A program made the translations under genes and the position numbers. Below the pieces are notes generated by a model that was not told the DNA's origin, searched no databases, and saw only the letters and a list, made by a program, of their open reading frames with translations. From contig OY762721.1 in the NCBI GenBank assembly GCA_963666345.1, positions 2,336,001-2,400,000 on the forward strand: a DNA stretch of 64,000 nucleotides, in the 5' to 3' direction. Of this stretch, positions 39,093 through 48,240 are shown piece after piece (the first letter of the stretch is position 1; each line of letters begins with the position of its first letter). Source of the stretch: Desulfatiglandales bacterium (GTDB lineage: Bacteria > Desulfobacterota > DSM-4660 > Desulfatiglandales > Desulfatiglandaceae).

Positions 39093-40856
39093 ATGTCAAA
39101 CTTGGGGGCGGTATTTAATATAGGCAGAACAGCTTTGAGCACCCAGAGATACGGCCTTGACGTGACGGCACAGAACATCGCAAACGTCAACACTACGGGC
39201 TATTCGAGACAGAGCGCCGTATTCGAACCTGCGCAACCTGTTTGTTCCGGCAATTTGATCTTGGGCCAGGGCGTGGATGCAACGCAGGTAATCAGGACAA
39301 CCGACCGGTTTATCGAAGCCCAGCTTATGCAGCAAAGATCAAAAATGTCATATTCAGAAGAGATGGAGAACTATATGCAGGTCCTGGAGGGTGTGTTTAA
39401 TGAAAACCTTGAAACCTCCGTCAGTTCAATGATGTCGGACTTCTGGAACTTGTGGCACGATATCTCAAACAACCCCTCAGGGGTTTCGGAACGCACAGCC
39501 CTTTATGAGCACAGCGTCCTGCTGTCGGAGCGATTTAACTCCCTGGATGATGCCTTGGTAAATCTTGAAACGGATTTGACCAGATCCCTTAGCGCCGAAA
39601 TAGTAGGGGTCAACCGAATCGCAAATGAAATCGCGCAGCTCAACGAAAAAATCGTGGAGTTGGAGGCGGGCGGCAACATCGCAAATGATCTCAGAGATAG
39701 CAGAAATACATTGCTTTCCGAGCTTTCGGAATATCTGGATGTCAACTCCTTTGATCAGTCCGATGGCACCCTTACTGTTGTTACCGCCAGGGGTTGCGTC
39801 CTGGTTCAGGGAAATAGCAGTTATGGTCTGGAAATGGGCGGCGATAATGGAGACAGGGTTGAATGGCAGTCCTCAGGGGGAATGTCCGTAGATATTACCG
39901 ACTACATAAATAACGGTAAGCTGGGTGGATGGCTCACCATGCGTGATGAAATCATCGCTGAGTATAAAATGGATCTTTCATCTCTGGCGGGAGAATTTGT
40001 CTGGGCCGTCAACAGTCAGCATTGCCAGGGCGTGGGGCTTGAGGCCTTCAGCACCTATACCGGAAGCTTCAAAGTGGAAGACAGCGCGGAGGAGCTCGGC
40101 ACTCAGGCTTCTGGATTGAGCTTTTATAATAAGATATCTGACGGAACTTTTAAGCTCTGGGTCTATGATTCCGATGGTAATGTCGTGGGTGGGGGGGCAA
40201 CCGAGATCTCCATTGATGCAGACCCGGGGGGGACAAGCCTTGACTCCCTTAGCTCCGACATCGCTGCCGTCGCCCATTTGAACACCGGTATAACCACTGA
40301 GGGAAAATTAAGTATCGATGCCGATACGGGGTATACATTCGCCTTTTCCGACGATACCGGCAATGTATTGGCCGCACTTGGTGTCAACGCCTTTTTTAAG
40401 GGCGCCGGCGCAGGATCTATCGATGTGATCGATACCATAGGGTTTGATAAAGGTTCCATAGCCGCATCCAGGATTGATGCAACCGGCAGCTATGTGTCGG
40501 GAGACAATTCAAATGCCCTGGCGATTGCAGATCTCCAATATACATCTCTGGATATTCCGCAGTGGACGTGTGACAGGGTCACCGGAAACAGCGAAGGCAA
40601 TCTTAATGCGACCATCGAAAATTACTATCATGCCCTTGTGGGGTCCGTCGGCACTACCGGTTCGAGCATCTCGAGCGGGCTGGCAATAAGCGAGGCAATG
40701 GTAACCAGGTTGAGTGTCGTACGGGACAGTATTTCGGCTGTCTCGCTTGATGAGGAAATGACGAATCTCATTAAGTATCAAAGTGCCTATGAAGCTGCTT
40801 CCAAGCTTATCAGCACTGCAGATGAAATGCTTGAGACCTTGCTCGATATTAAGTAA
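39093..40856 (+). CDS. flgK: Hook-associated protein FlgK
   Basis: NIANVNTTGYSRQ, NDLRDSR, VSLDEEMTNLIKYQSAY. Confidence 0.97.
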   Translation: MSNLGAVFNIGRTALSTQRYGLDVTAQNIANVNTTGYSRQSAVFEPAQPVCSGNLILGQGVDATQVIRTTDRFIEAQLMQQRSKMSYSEEMENYMQVLEGVFNENLETSVSSMMSDFWNLWHDISNNPSGVSERTALYEHSVLLSERFNSLDDALVNLETDLTRSLSAEIVGVNRIANEIAQLNEKIVELEAGGNIANDLRDSRNTLLSELSEYLDVNSFDQSDGTLTVVTARGCVLVQGNSSYGLEMGGDNGDRVEWQSSGGMSVDITDYINNGKLGGWLTMRDEIIAEYKMDLSSLAGEFVWAVNSQHCQGVGLEAFSTYTGSFKVEDSAEELGTQASGLSFYNKISDGTFKLWVYDSDGNVVGGGATEISIDADPGGTSLDSLSSDIAAVAHLNTGITTEGKLSIDADTGYTFAFSDDTGNVLAALGVNAFFKGAGAGSIDVIDTIGFDKGSIAASRIDATGSYVSGDNSNALAIADLQYTSLDIPQWTCDRVTGNSEGNLNATIENYYHALVGSVGTTGSSISSGLAISEAMVTRLSVVRDSISAVSLDEEMTNLIKYQSAYEAASKLISTADEMLETLLDIK

Positions 40857-40916
40857 GCCTCTCGACATAAAACCGCGAGGCCATCTTGAGGCTTTTCTCA
40901 ACAAAAAGGTGTGATC

Positions 40917-41780
40917 ATGAGAGTGGCAAACAGTACCATTTATGACGTGATAAAATACAATCTGGGCAATATCAGTGAAGAATTAAACCATGCCAATAAA
41001 GTAGTATCTACAGGCAAGCGTATCTCAGAGCCTTCCGATGATCCTGTCGGGCTTACCCAGGTGCTGAACATTAAATCGGCCCTTTCGAACTTTGAGCAAT
41101 TGGGTAGAAATATGGATATGGGAAAATCGTGGCTTATCGCTTCTGAAAGTGCCGCGACCAATGTGCAGGATCTTGTTTCCGATGCCAAGGCCCTGTGTGT
41201 GCAGATGGCGTCCTCCAACACGGGGGCCGCGCAGAGGATCTCCGCATCTGAAAACGTTCGGAATATGCTGGAAGAGGTGATCTCTTTGGCAAACACGGAG
41301 TTGAACGGGCGCTATATCTTTTCAGGTTCCAAGACGGATGCCACCCCCTTTGATCAGGACGGCACTTATAACGGGGACGGCAATCCGTTTGAAATAAGGA
41401 TAGGAAGGGATTCTTCAGTAGAAGTGGGAAGCGACGGTGAAGCGGTTTTCGGATCCGTTATCAGCACATTAAGTGATCTGAAAGATGCTCTGGCCTCCGA
41501 TGATGTCGATGGGATTCAGACTGCCATGGACAACCTGGATGCCGACTTCGATCATATTTCAAAGAAGATATCTGATGTCGGCTCCAAGATGGTCCGAATG
41601 GAAATCAAGGAGGCTATTTTTCAGGATTTGAAAATCAACAATACTGAGAGACTTTCGAAGATTGAGGATGCCGATTTAGCCGAGGCAATCATTGATCTGG
41701 AAGAAAAAAAGCTTGCCTACCAGGCCGCTCTTTCCTCTTCGGCTAATGTTATGCAGTTAAGCCTGGTTGATTATTTGTAG
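40917..41780 (+). CDS. flgL: Hook-associated protein FlgL
   Basis: TGKRISEPSDDP, GRYIFSG, SLVDYL. Confidence 0.96.
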   Translation: MRVANSTIYDVIKYNLGNISEELNHANKVVSTGKRISEPSDDPVGLTQVLNIKSALSNFEQLGRNMDMGKSWLIASESAATNVQDLVSDAKALCVQMASSNTGAAQRISASENVRNMLEEVISLANTELNGRYIFSGSKTDATPFDQDGTYNGDGNPFEIRIGRDSSVEVGSDGEAVFGSVISTLSDLKDALASDDVDGIQTAMDNLDADFDHISKKISDVGSKMVRMEIKEAIFQDLKINNTERLSKIEDADLAEAIIDLEEKKLAYQAALSSSANVMQLSLVDYL

Positions 41781-41868
41781 ATAACAAGAGGCCTTCGGTA
41801 TTTGAGGTTTTGGCTTGTAAGTAACCCACTGTAATTTAAAATTATTCTGAAGCTGCCAGGACCCGGCC

Positions 41869-42120
41869 ATGCTTATACTAACAAGGAAGTTGGGTGAAAG
41901 AATTACTATTAGTGATGATATCGTTATTACTTTGCTTGAAATAAGAGGAGCACATGTCAAGCTGGGGGTCGAGGCACCCAAAAATGTTATTATTCACCGC
42001 CAGGAGGTATACGAAAGGATCAGGGGCGAAAACATGGAATCATCCAACGTAAGTGAGTCAGACCTTGCAAGAGCGGTGTCCCTTTTCAGCGTAAGTACTT
42101 CAAAGAGGAGTCGGAATTGA
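41869..42120 (+). CDS. csrA: Translational regulator CsrA
   Basis: [27 protein letters not shown], plus FliW-binding C-terminal extension. Confidence 0.96.
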   Translation: MLILTRKLGERITISDDIVITLLEIRGAHVKLGVEAPKNVIIHRQEVYERIRGENMESSNVSESDLARAVSLFSVSTSKRSRN

Positions 42121-42548
42121 AGATCGAAACCACCAGATTCGGGACCGTCAGCCTGGAAGAGGAAAAGATCCTGGGTATGCCTTTCGGTATGCTGGGATTT
42201 CCGGACAAAAACCGTTTTGTCATACTTCAACATAAAGAGGGATCCCCATTTTACTGGTACCAGTCGGTTGACGATCCCGCACTTGCCTTTGTAATTACAA
42301 GCCCCCTTCTTTTCATGCCTGATTATGAGGTGGATACTAAGAATGTTTTAATGGAAATGCCCTGGGATAAAATCGGTGATGCCTTGGAGTTTTATGTTGT
42401 TGTTAATATTCCGAAAGGGTTACCCGAAAAGATGACTGCAAACCTTATCGGTCCCATTCTGATAAATAACAAGACCCGCCAGGCCGTGCAGATTGTTATG
42501 CCTGACAGCCCTTACACACATAACCACCCTCTGATAATACAAGATTAA
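42117..42548 (+). CDS. fliW: Flagellar assembly factor FliW
   Basis: [31 protein letters not shown]. Confidence 0.96.
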   Translation: MKIETTRFGTVSLEEEKILGMPFGMLGFPDKNRFVILQHKEGSPFYWYQSVDDPALAFVITSPLLFMPDYEVDTKNVLMEMPWDKIGDALEFYVVVNIPKGLPEKMTANLIGPILINNKTRQAVQIVMPDSPYTHNHPLIIQD

Positions 42549-42561
42549 ATAGAAGCTTGAA

Positions 42562-43626
42562 ATGAAAACAGTCCAAAATATCCCCTGCGATTCTTCGCGC
42601 CTATCAAGCCGGCTGAAAAGCTCCACCGATTCAGGTTTTTCCGAGAAACTGAAGGCCCGGGATATGCTATCCATGTCCGAGTTTCAGTCCTGTTTATCCG
42701 AAGGCGGGTCCGGAGCCGAATTCGTTTGCATAGGCAGCATTTCCCACGAAAAGCCCACCGTGTCACATCTTCTGATCAGGCATCCCCGATATGGGAAAAA
42801 ATGCTGGAAAATTATCAATTCCGAGCTCAATCATAATAAAAATTATCGTGAACTTCCGGTCGGTAGACGCATATATCTTGATCCTAAGACACTTGAGCTT
42901 ACCTGGGAGGACCGGTCCTTTAAATCGTCGGTTTCCATGCCTGATGAGAGGCCTGGCCCTGATTCCAAAGACTCGGGCCGGAAAGCCGCTTTATCAAGTT
43001 CCCAAACCCCTTACGCGTTGTCGGAAAACCCCTGTTTTGACCCAAAAGATCTGTCGAAGGTATTAAAAGACTACATCGGAACATCCTATAATAAGCTTGA
43101 CTGCTTTGAGCTGGTAGTGCAGGGCCTGGGGGGTATGGGAATATGCTATGGAGGCAAAGAGGGTATTCAGAATCAGCTTATCAAAAAGGCATTGGACCGA
43201 AGACTGCCGATAAATTCATATTTGACAGGTGAGGGGTTGATCGAAAACTTCTCGACACAGGTTTACGGCAAGACATTTTCCGATGTGAGCCGTCCGGAAG
43301 AGAAGGCCGGACAGGTGCTGTCGGAAATTGAATCGAGTCTTGAACAGGGGCTGATAGTTTCCTTTTCAACGGCCGCGCGGGGGCATATCGGGGTTGTCTC
43401 CAGTCATGGCAGCACATGGACTTTTCTCAATTCCGGTGTTATCGATAATAGTGTTGAGGCTTCTTCAAAAATGAAAGGGGTGGGAGAAGAAGATCTGAAA
43501 GCGGAAATTGCCAACTGGTTTCGTTTGGCCGGAAGGCAGGGCCCTTTGAGGATTACTATCGGACGGTTGAACAATGAGAAGCTGCGTCCTTTCATGAAAA
43601 CTCCTTCATTTCATGTATCGGTTTGA
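42562..43626 (+). CDS. Hypothetical protein with LysM-like and NlpC/P60-like motifs
   Basis: YIGTSY..LDCFELV and GHIGVV; 13 nt after fliW; no signal peptide. Confidence 0.7.
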   Translation: MKTVQNIPCDSSRLSSRLKSSTDSGFSEKLKARDMLSMSEFQSCLSEGGSGAEFVCIGSISHEKPTVSHLLIRHPRYGKKCWKIINSELNHNKNYRELPVGRRIYLDPKTLELTWEDRSFKSSVSMPDERPGPDSKDSGRKAALSSSQTPYALSENPCFDPKDLSKVLKDYIGTSYNKLDCFELVVQGLGGMGICYGGKEGIQNQLIKKALDRRLPINSYLTGEGLIENFSTQVYGKTFSDVSRPEEKAGQVLSEIESSLEQGLIVSFSTAARGHIGVVSSHGSTWTFLNSGVIDNSVEASSKMKGVGEEDLKAEIANWFRLAGRQGPLRITIGRLNNEKLRPFMKTPSFHVSV

Positions 43627-43844
43627 TAATATGGATTATCTCCCGGTTGGCCTGCACAGGGCTGCACCAGGATTCCCTCTTCAGTTCAGCAGGTGCAAAC
43701 CCACAGGCTTCAAGATTCAAATTTGACAATGCGTCAATTTTTTGGCGGTTGCCCGGTCACATCCAGGTACAGCCTGATGTATAATAGGGGCGGAATTTTT
43801 CAAAAATGAATCGTACTAAAGAGGGATTTGTTGAACCGCTGTGT

Positions 43845-45647
43845 CTAGTAGACGATACATCTGAATCCGAGTATGTTGGAACATGATTCAGGTTCCAGTT
43901 TAACACGGCCGGACAAACATGGGTTGTCTTTTGAGATCCAACTTCCACCCTTGGCAATATAATATGTCGGCCCGGTTTTTACTGGAGAAGGCGGGCCTGA
44001 TATATCCTTGGTCCATTCCAGGACATTACCTAAGGTATCAACGATCCCGAAATCATTTTCAAATTCGATGTATCTGTCCACAGGCGTTGTATCGCCCACG
44101 TAACTTTCCTCTGTGTTACAGCCGTTATGACGCCAGCTGTTTCCCCACGGGAAAGAATAACCGCTTCCAGTCCTGGCAGAGGCCTCCCATTCATCTTCAG
44201 TCGGCAATCTTTTACCGGTCCAGGCTGCAAAGGCCATGGCGTCTTCAATACTTATCTGAACCACAGGATGTTTCCTTTTGTTGTTTAACGTGCTTCCTGG
44301 CCCTAACGGTTGATACCAGCATGCCCCTTCCACTGTTTTGTTGATGAGGGAAGAATTCCAGACGGATTTCTCCATGCCTGTTCTTTCATCTACCGTGTTC
44401 CGGCAACGTCCGTAATAGACCGTCCCGTATCCAAGTTTTTCGGCGGTGGTTCTGTACCCGGTCTTATCAATAAATACTTCAAAAAGCGTATTGGTAACAG
44501 GAAATTTGCTCATATAAAAGGGTGATAAGGGTACCGTCAGCTCACCTCTTTCATCCTTTCGGGGTTGTTTGTTACCTATATAATAGTTTCCTCCCGGAAT
44601 AAGCTTATGTTGATTGTAGAATTTATCCATTGCAGCAAGGGAATCGTTAAATTCTTCAGCCAGAAGTCTGGCCTTCCGTATTTCATCCCCTCCTTCATGC
44701 CTGTCCTCAGCAGAAATACCTTCAATGTCTTCTATGAGCTCATGTCCAGGCAGCTCATTAATTTCAACAACTTCCGGTTCTTCATCCTCCTCCACCTCTT
44801 CGAGTATCTCCTCGTCGTCTGCCTCCTCAAGGTCCTCATCCGCGTCTATCAGATCGAGCTCTTCTTCAAGATCGCAACTTTCAAGGGGTTCATCTGTTTT
44901 GGTATCCTCCGGCTCTTCCGCCATGTCCGCTTCAACCGGCCCGGCGGTTTGCCCGGTCTCCTCAAGGCCTCCTGAACAGATTCCCCGCTTTTCTGCCGCG
45001 CCTTCGGATAAGCCGGTATCAGGGGTTCCAGCATAATAAGAAGGCCCCCCCCCAGATGCTTCAGCAGATGAAGCGGGGTCAGGCTCGGAAGGTCCGGAAC
45101 CGTCCGCCCCAACCTTTTCGGACAAGCCATGGATTAGATCCCTTAGTTTATCTAATTTTCTTGAACCTTCGGAATCATCAATATCTGAAAAGGCCTCCGG
45201 TTTTGAAAGCATTCGATCAACCAGATCCAGCGCCCGGGTTATCTCTCCTAAATTAACAGGCCCGCCCGTTTTTCCGCCGGCTATAAAGGCCTTTAATGCC
45301 TTGTCCTTGGCCTCATCGGACATGACAAAAATATAGGAAGCTCCGAGAGTTACCCCTTCAGGGTTTTCTCCCTCCCCGTAGAGCTTCTCCAGATCGGCAT
45401 TAACGGAAGATCTGATACTACTCAGATTCTTCCGTCTGTTTTTTATGATCGAAGGAGAGGTTGCCTTATCCCACAACGACCTTATCAATTTGTCCGGATC
45501 AATTCCCTTGAGGGACTCAATAGAGTTTTCATTCTCATAGAATCCCCTTATGACGTTAATAAGTCTGTATTTCAAGGTAGTTTTATTTTGATAATTAAGC
45601 TCGGATATGGCCTGATCAATGCCTTTGACGGTTATTACGGGAGCCAC
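43845..45647 (-). CDS. FGE/SUMF1-fold domain protein with N-terminal domain and acidic linker
   Basis: PVTN, HPVVQIS, KRLPTEDEWE, GNVLEW, KGGSW, GFRC; GTG start after AAGGAG. Confidence 0.88.
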   Translation of the reverse strand: MAPVITVKGIDQAISELNYQNKTTLKYRLINVIRGFYENENSIESLKGIDPDKLIRSLWDKATSPSIIKNRRKNLSSIRSSVNADLEKLYGEGENPEGVTLGASYIFVMSDEAKDKALKAFIAGGKTGGPVNLGEITRALDLVDRMLSKPEAFSDIDDSEGSRKLDKLRDLIHGLSEKVGADGSGPSEPDPASSAEASGGGPSYYAGTPDTGLSEGAAEKRGICSGGLEETGQTAGPVEADMAEEPEDTKTDEPLESCDLEEELDLIDADEDLEEADDEEILEEVEEDEEPEVVEINELPGHELIEDIEGISAEDRHEGGDEIRKARLLAEEFNDSLAAMDKFYNQHKLIPGGNYYIGNKQPRKDERGELTVPLSPFYMSKFPVTNTLFEVFIDKTGYRTTAEKLGYGTVYYGRCRNTVDERTGMEKSVWNSSLINKTVEGACWYQPLGPGSTLNNKRKHPVVQISIEDAMAFAAWTGKRLPTEDEWEASARTGSGYSFPWGNSWRHNGCNTEESYVGDTTPVDRYIEFENDFGIVDTLGNVLEWTKDISGPPSPVKTGPTYYIAKGGSWISKDNPCLSGRVKLEPESCSNILGFRCIVY

Positions 45648-45682
45648 ATGGTTCTCCTTTTTTTTGAGTTACCTCAGGAGAA

Positions 45683-45698
45683 TGCAAAACCCATTCCA
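45683..45698 (-). promoter_or_regulatory. Sigma54 promoter (minus strand) for the FGE-domain gene
   Basis: Reads TGGAATGGGTTTTGCA on the minus strand. Confidence 0.7.
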
Positions 45699-45743
45699 CA
45701 TATCAGGCCTGAAATAAACGCGGGTCTATTGTAGCGATAGGAG

Positions 45744-45759
45744 TGGTACGGGTTTTGCA
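45744..45759 (+). promoter_or_regulatory. Sigma54 promoter for the 45838 gene
   Basis: TGGTACGGGTTTTGCA. Confidence 0.8.
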
Positions 45760-45837
45760 ATCCATTGTTGAATTGGCAGGATGATTAAGGCACATCTTGC
45801 CGGGGCCGGCTCGAGAATTGATTAAAGGAGTATTCAA

Positions 45838-46248
45838 ATGAAAATTACAGATTCGGAAATTATCAGGAGTGGTGAACAGGACTTGATTGATGCAATAACC
45901 GGTGATCTGGACTGGGGTGCGATAGAAAATATTTTCCGGAGAAACCATAAACTGGAAATTGGAGAAGATGTCGAATATAAAACCGGAGATATAGTTGTTC
46001 ATAATAATCAGGTAGCATACAGACTGGAATTTGATGTAAAAGTCAACCTTTCCGTCCTGCTTGACAGGGACGGGAACTATGTCTCTGTGACAGGTTGGGG
46101 TGATGTACACAAAACAAATGAAAAAGATGAAAACGGGGCGTTGGAAGAGCCTGAAGAACAATTTCCCTCCGGTTACAGTACGGAATCGGAGCATGATTAT
46201 GAAAAGACGCTTGATGAAATCGAGCGGCCTGATCATCCGGTAAATTAA
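45838..46248 (+). CDS. Acidic hypothetical protein
   Basis: SD AAGGAG; globular N-terminal ~85 aa plus acidic tail. Confidence 0.8.
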   Translation: MKITDSEIIRSGEQDLIDAITGDLDWGAIENIFRRNHKLEIGEDVEYKTGDIVVHNNQVAYRLEFDVKVNLSVLLDRDGNYVSVTGWGDVHKTNEKDENGALEEPEEQFPSGYSTESEHDYEKTLDEIERPDHPVN

Positions 46249-46431
46249 GACTTGATTAAGCCGGAGGCATCTTCCGTGGATAAACAGAAACAGAAAACAA
46301 TTTCCCGGGCGGCATCTTAGGCAGGAGACATGAGGGCTGAGCAGTACGATTAAAGATAGCCCAGCACGTTTTCAGCCTTACTGTATGGCTTGATCTCCCC
46401 CATGATTTTTTTAAGTTTGTCAATATAGATT

Positions 46432-47955
46432 ATGCAGGACGAGACTGTGAAAATGGATGACCCTACGGCACGTGAAATCAGGAGTCTGTTAGATAAGATC
46501 CTGAAACGGAATATTGAAGGTTTTATTGGAACCACTTTCGGGATCGGGGCATTGCCTCTAAATTGGGCAACCATATCATGCCTTATCCTGCTTGCAGAGC
46601 GCGAAAATGAGATAGACAGTTTTGGCCTGGACCCATCTGAGCGTTATACGCAGGATACATTCCTTGATGAATTGAGAGAAATCGGTATCGAATCGGATGC
46701 GGAACCGAAAAAGGCGCTTCAGGAGATGACTCAAAAGGGATATCTTAATGTAGATAACAAGGGAAGGTTTTGCGCGGAAAAACAGACCATCAGTATGACC
46801 CATCTCATTGACCGCATATTTCCCGGAATGCCCGGGATGAATCTTGTCGCCTATTTTATCCAAACCATGGATGAGGTTCAATCCGGTCGAAAAGACGTGA
46901 AAGATGCGGCCGGTCAATTTGACCAGACGCTGAAAATTCATGGCACTACTTTGAAAAAGAGGAATGCCGGCCCGGTAACCAAGAAGACACTTAAGCCGTC
47001 TGTTGAGCAGATAGCCGCATTTAAGAAAGGAGAGTCGCGTGCGGTTGTTTGTTCGCAACCAAAACTTTTTTCTGATGGCCGTTCAGGCACTAAGGAAATC
47101 AGGGAAGTCAGTTTTGGAATAGCTCTATCCGGGCAGGATAAGTCGCAGGAAAATTGCCCGGAAATCTTTGAAGAAAGTAAGGCCCAAAAACCGGATATGA
47201 AGGGAGTCGAACAAAGAGAGACTCCAGGCGGACAGACAGAAATCAAAGGTGCTCACACAGCCGAGATGTCTTCAGAGACCCTGCAGAACATACCTTTAGA
47301 GGCTGGCCCTGAATCGTTGAATTCAGCAGACGAAGAGGCCGCTACAGATATTACATCGGAAGCCGCCCATTCAGGTTGTAAAGACGACTTAATGCCTTCT
47401 GAGCTGGAGGCGCAAGAGGAAGCTTTTTTTAAAGATTCAGGGGCCGAATTAGAACGGATCAAAACTGTTATGCCTGGAGAGACATTGCCGCGTCCGGAAA
47501 CCAGATCCGGGACAGAAAATATTCCAAACGAGCATGTCCAGGATTCCGATGATATCATAGAAAAACGCATTGCCGCCTTTGAGGAAGATCTGGCTATGCA
47601 ATGTCCCCTATGCAGGTCAGCAAAGATCCAAATAAATGAAACCGCCATGGGTAAGGTCTATTACAAATGTCCCAACAAAAAATGTAATTTTGTAAGCTGG
47701 GGCAAACCATATCATCTGGCCTGCCCGCTATGCAATAATCCGTTTTTGATTGAAATTTCCGACAAAAATGGAGCAAAAATTATTAAATGCCCGAGGGCAA
47801 CATGCCGCTATCAGCAGAAATCCCCCGGGCTGATTACGAAAGAATGTCGTGAAAAAGCCGGGATACCTTCTAAAGAAACAACTAATAATAGCGAAAGTTT
47901 CCGGAAGCCGCGAAGGAGGGTAGTCAGAAGAAAAGTGGTTCGAAAAAAAAGATAG
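46432..47955 (+). CDS. Hypothetical protein with topoisomerase-type C4 zinc ribbons and basic tail
   Basis: CPLC..CPNKKC and CPLC..CPRATC; C-terminal RKPRRRVVRRKVVRKKR. Confidence 0.8.
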   Translation: MQDETVKMDDPTAREIRSLLDKILKRNIEGFIGTTFGIGALPLNWATISCLILLAERENEIDSFGLDPSERYTQDTFLDELREIGIESDAEPKKALQEMTQKGYLNVDNKGRFCAEKQTISMTHLIDRIFPGMPGMNLVAYFIQTMDEVQSGRKDVKDAAGQFDQTLKIHGTTLKKRNAGPVTKKTLKPSVEQIAAFKKGESRAVVCSQPKLFSDGRSGTKEIREVSFGIALSGQDKSQENCPEIFEESKAQKPDMKGVEQRETPGGQTEIKGAHTAEMSSETLQNIPLEAGPESLNSADEEAATDITSEAAHSGCKDDLMPSELEAQEEAFFKDSGAELERIKTVMPGETLPRPETRSGTENIPNEHVQDSDDIIEKRIAAFEEDLAMQCPLCRSAKIQINETAMGKVYYKCPNKKCNFVSWGKPYHLACPLCNNPFLIEISDKNGAKIIKCPRATCRYQQKSPGLITKECREKAGIPSKETTNNSESFRKPRRRVVRRKVVRKKR

Positions 47956-48240
47956 TCGGGCCGGGTTCTCGGAAAGGAGTGAAATGCGAGGGATCCTTGA
48001 TTGGATTAAAATGTATGGCTAAAATTATCAGAATGTTTTACGCAGGCTGTATCTTGAATTTCCCGCATATCAGAATCGCAGGCGAGATCGGTTTTTTCCC
48101 CCGGTTTAATTTGAAGAAAAACATGGAGTTTCCCGACAAGGATATCCGGTCAGTGCCCACGTTTTTAATCTTCGGGGCGCTACAGAACATATTTTTCAAC
48201 GAAAATCCATGCTGTTTTTAGGCTATTGGAGGCTTTTTCG

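Noticed and set aside
43650..43735. c-di-GMP-I riboswitch-like words (GCACAGGGC...GCAAA)
   Set aside because: It lacks the GNRA-capped stem and receptor, and it lies between convergent genes rather than in a leader.
43845..44100. FGE-fold C-terminus as a diversity-generating retroelement target
   Set aside because: No reverse transcriptase or template repeat is visible in the window.
44725..45036. Ser-rich plus-strand ORF / apparent repeat
   Set aside because: It is the antisense shadow of the Glu/Asp-rich linker of the FGE-domain gene.
45703..46236. 177-aa minus-strand ORF
   Set aside because: Antisense to the 45838 gene, which has an SD and a sigma54 promoter.
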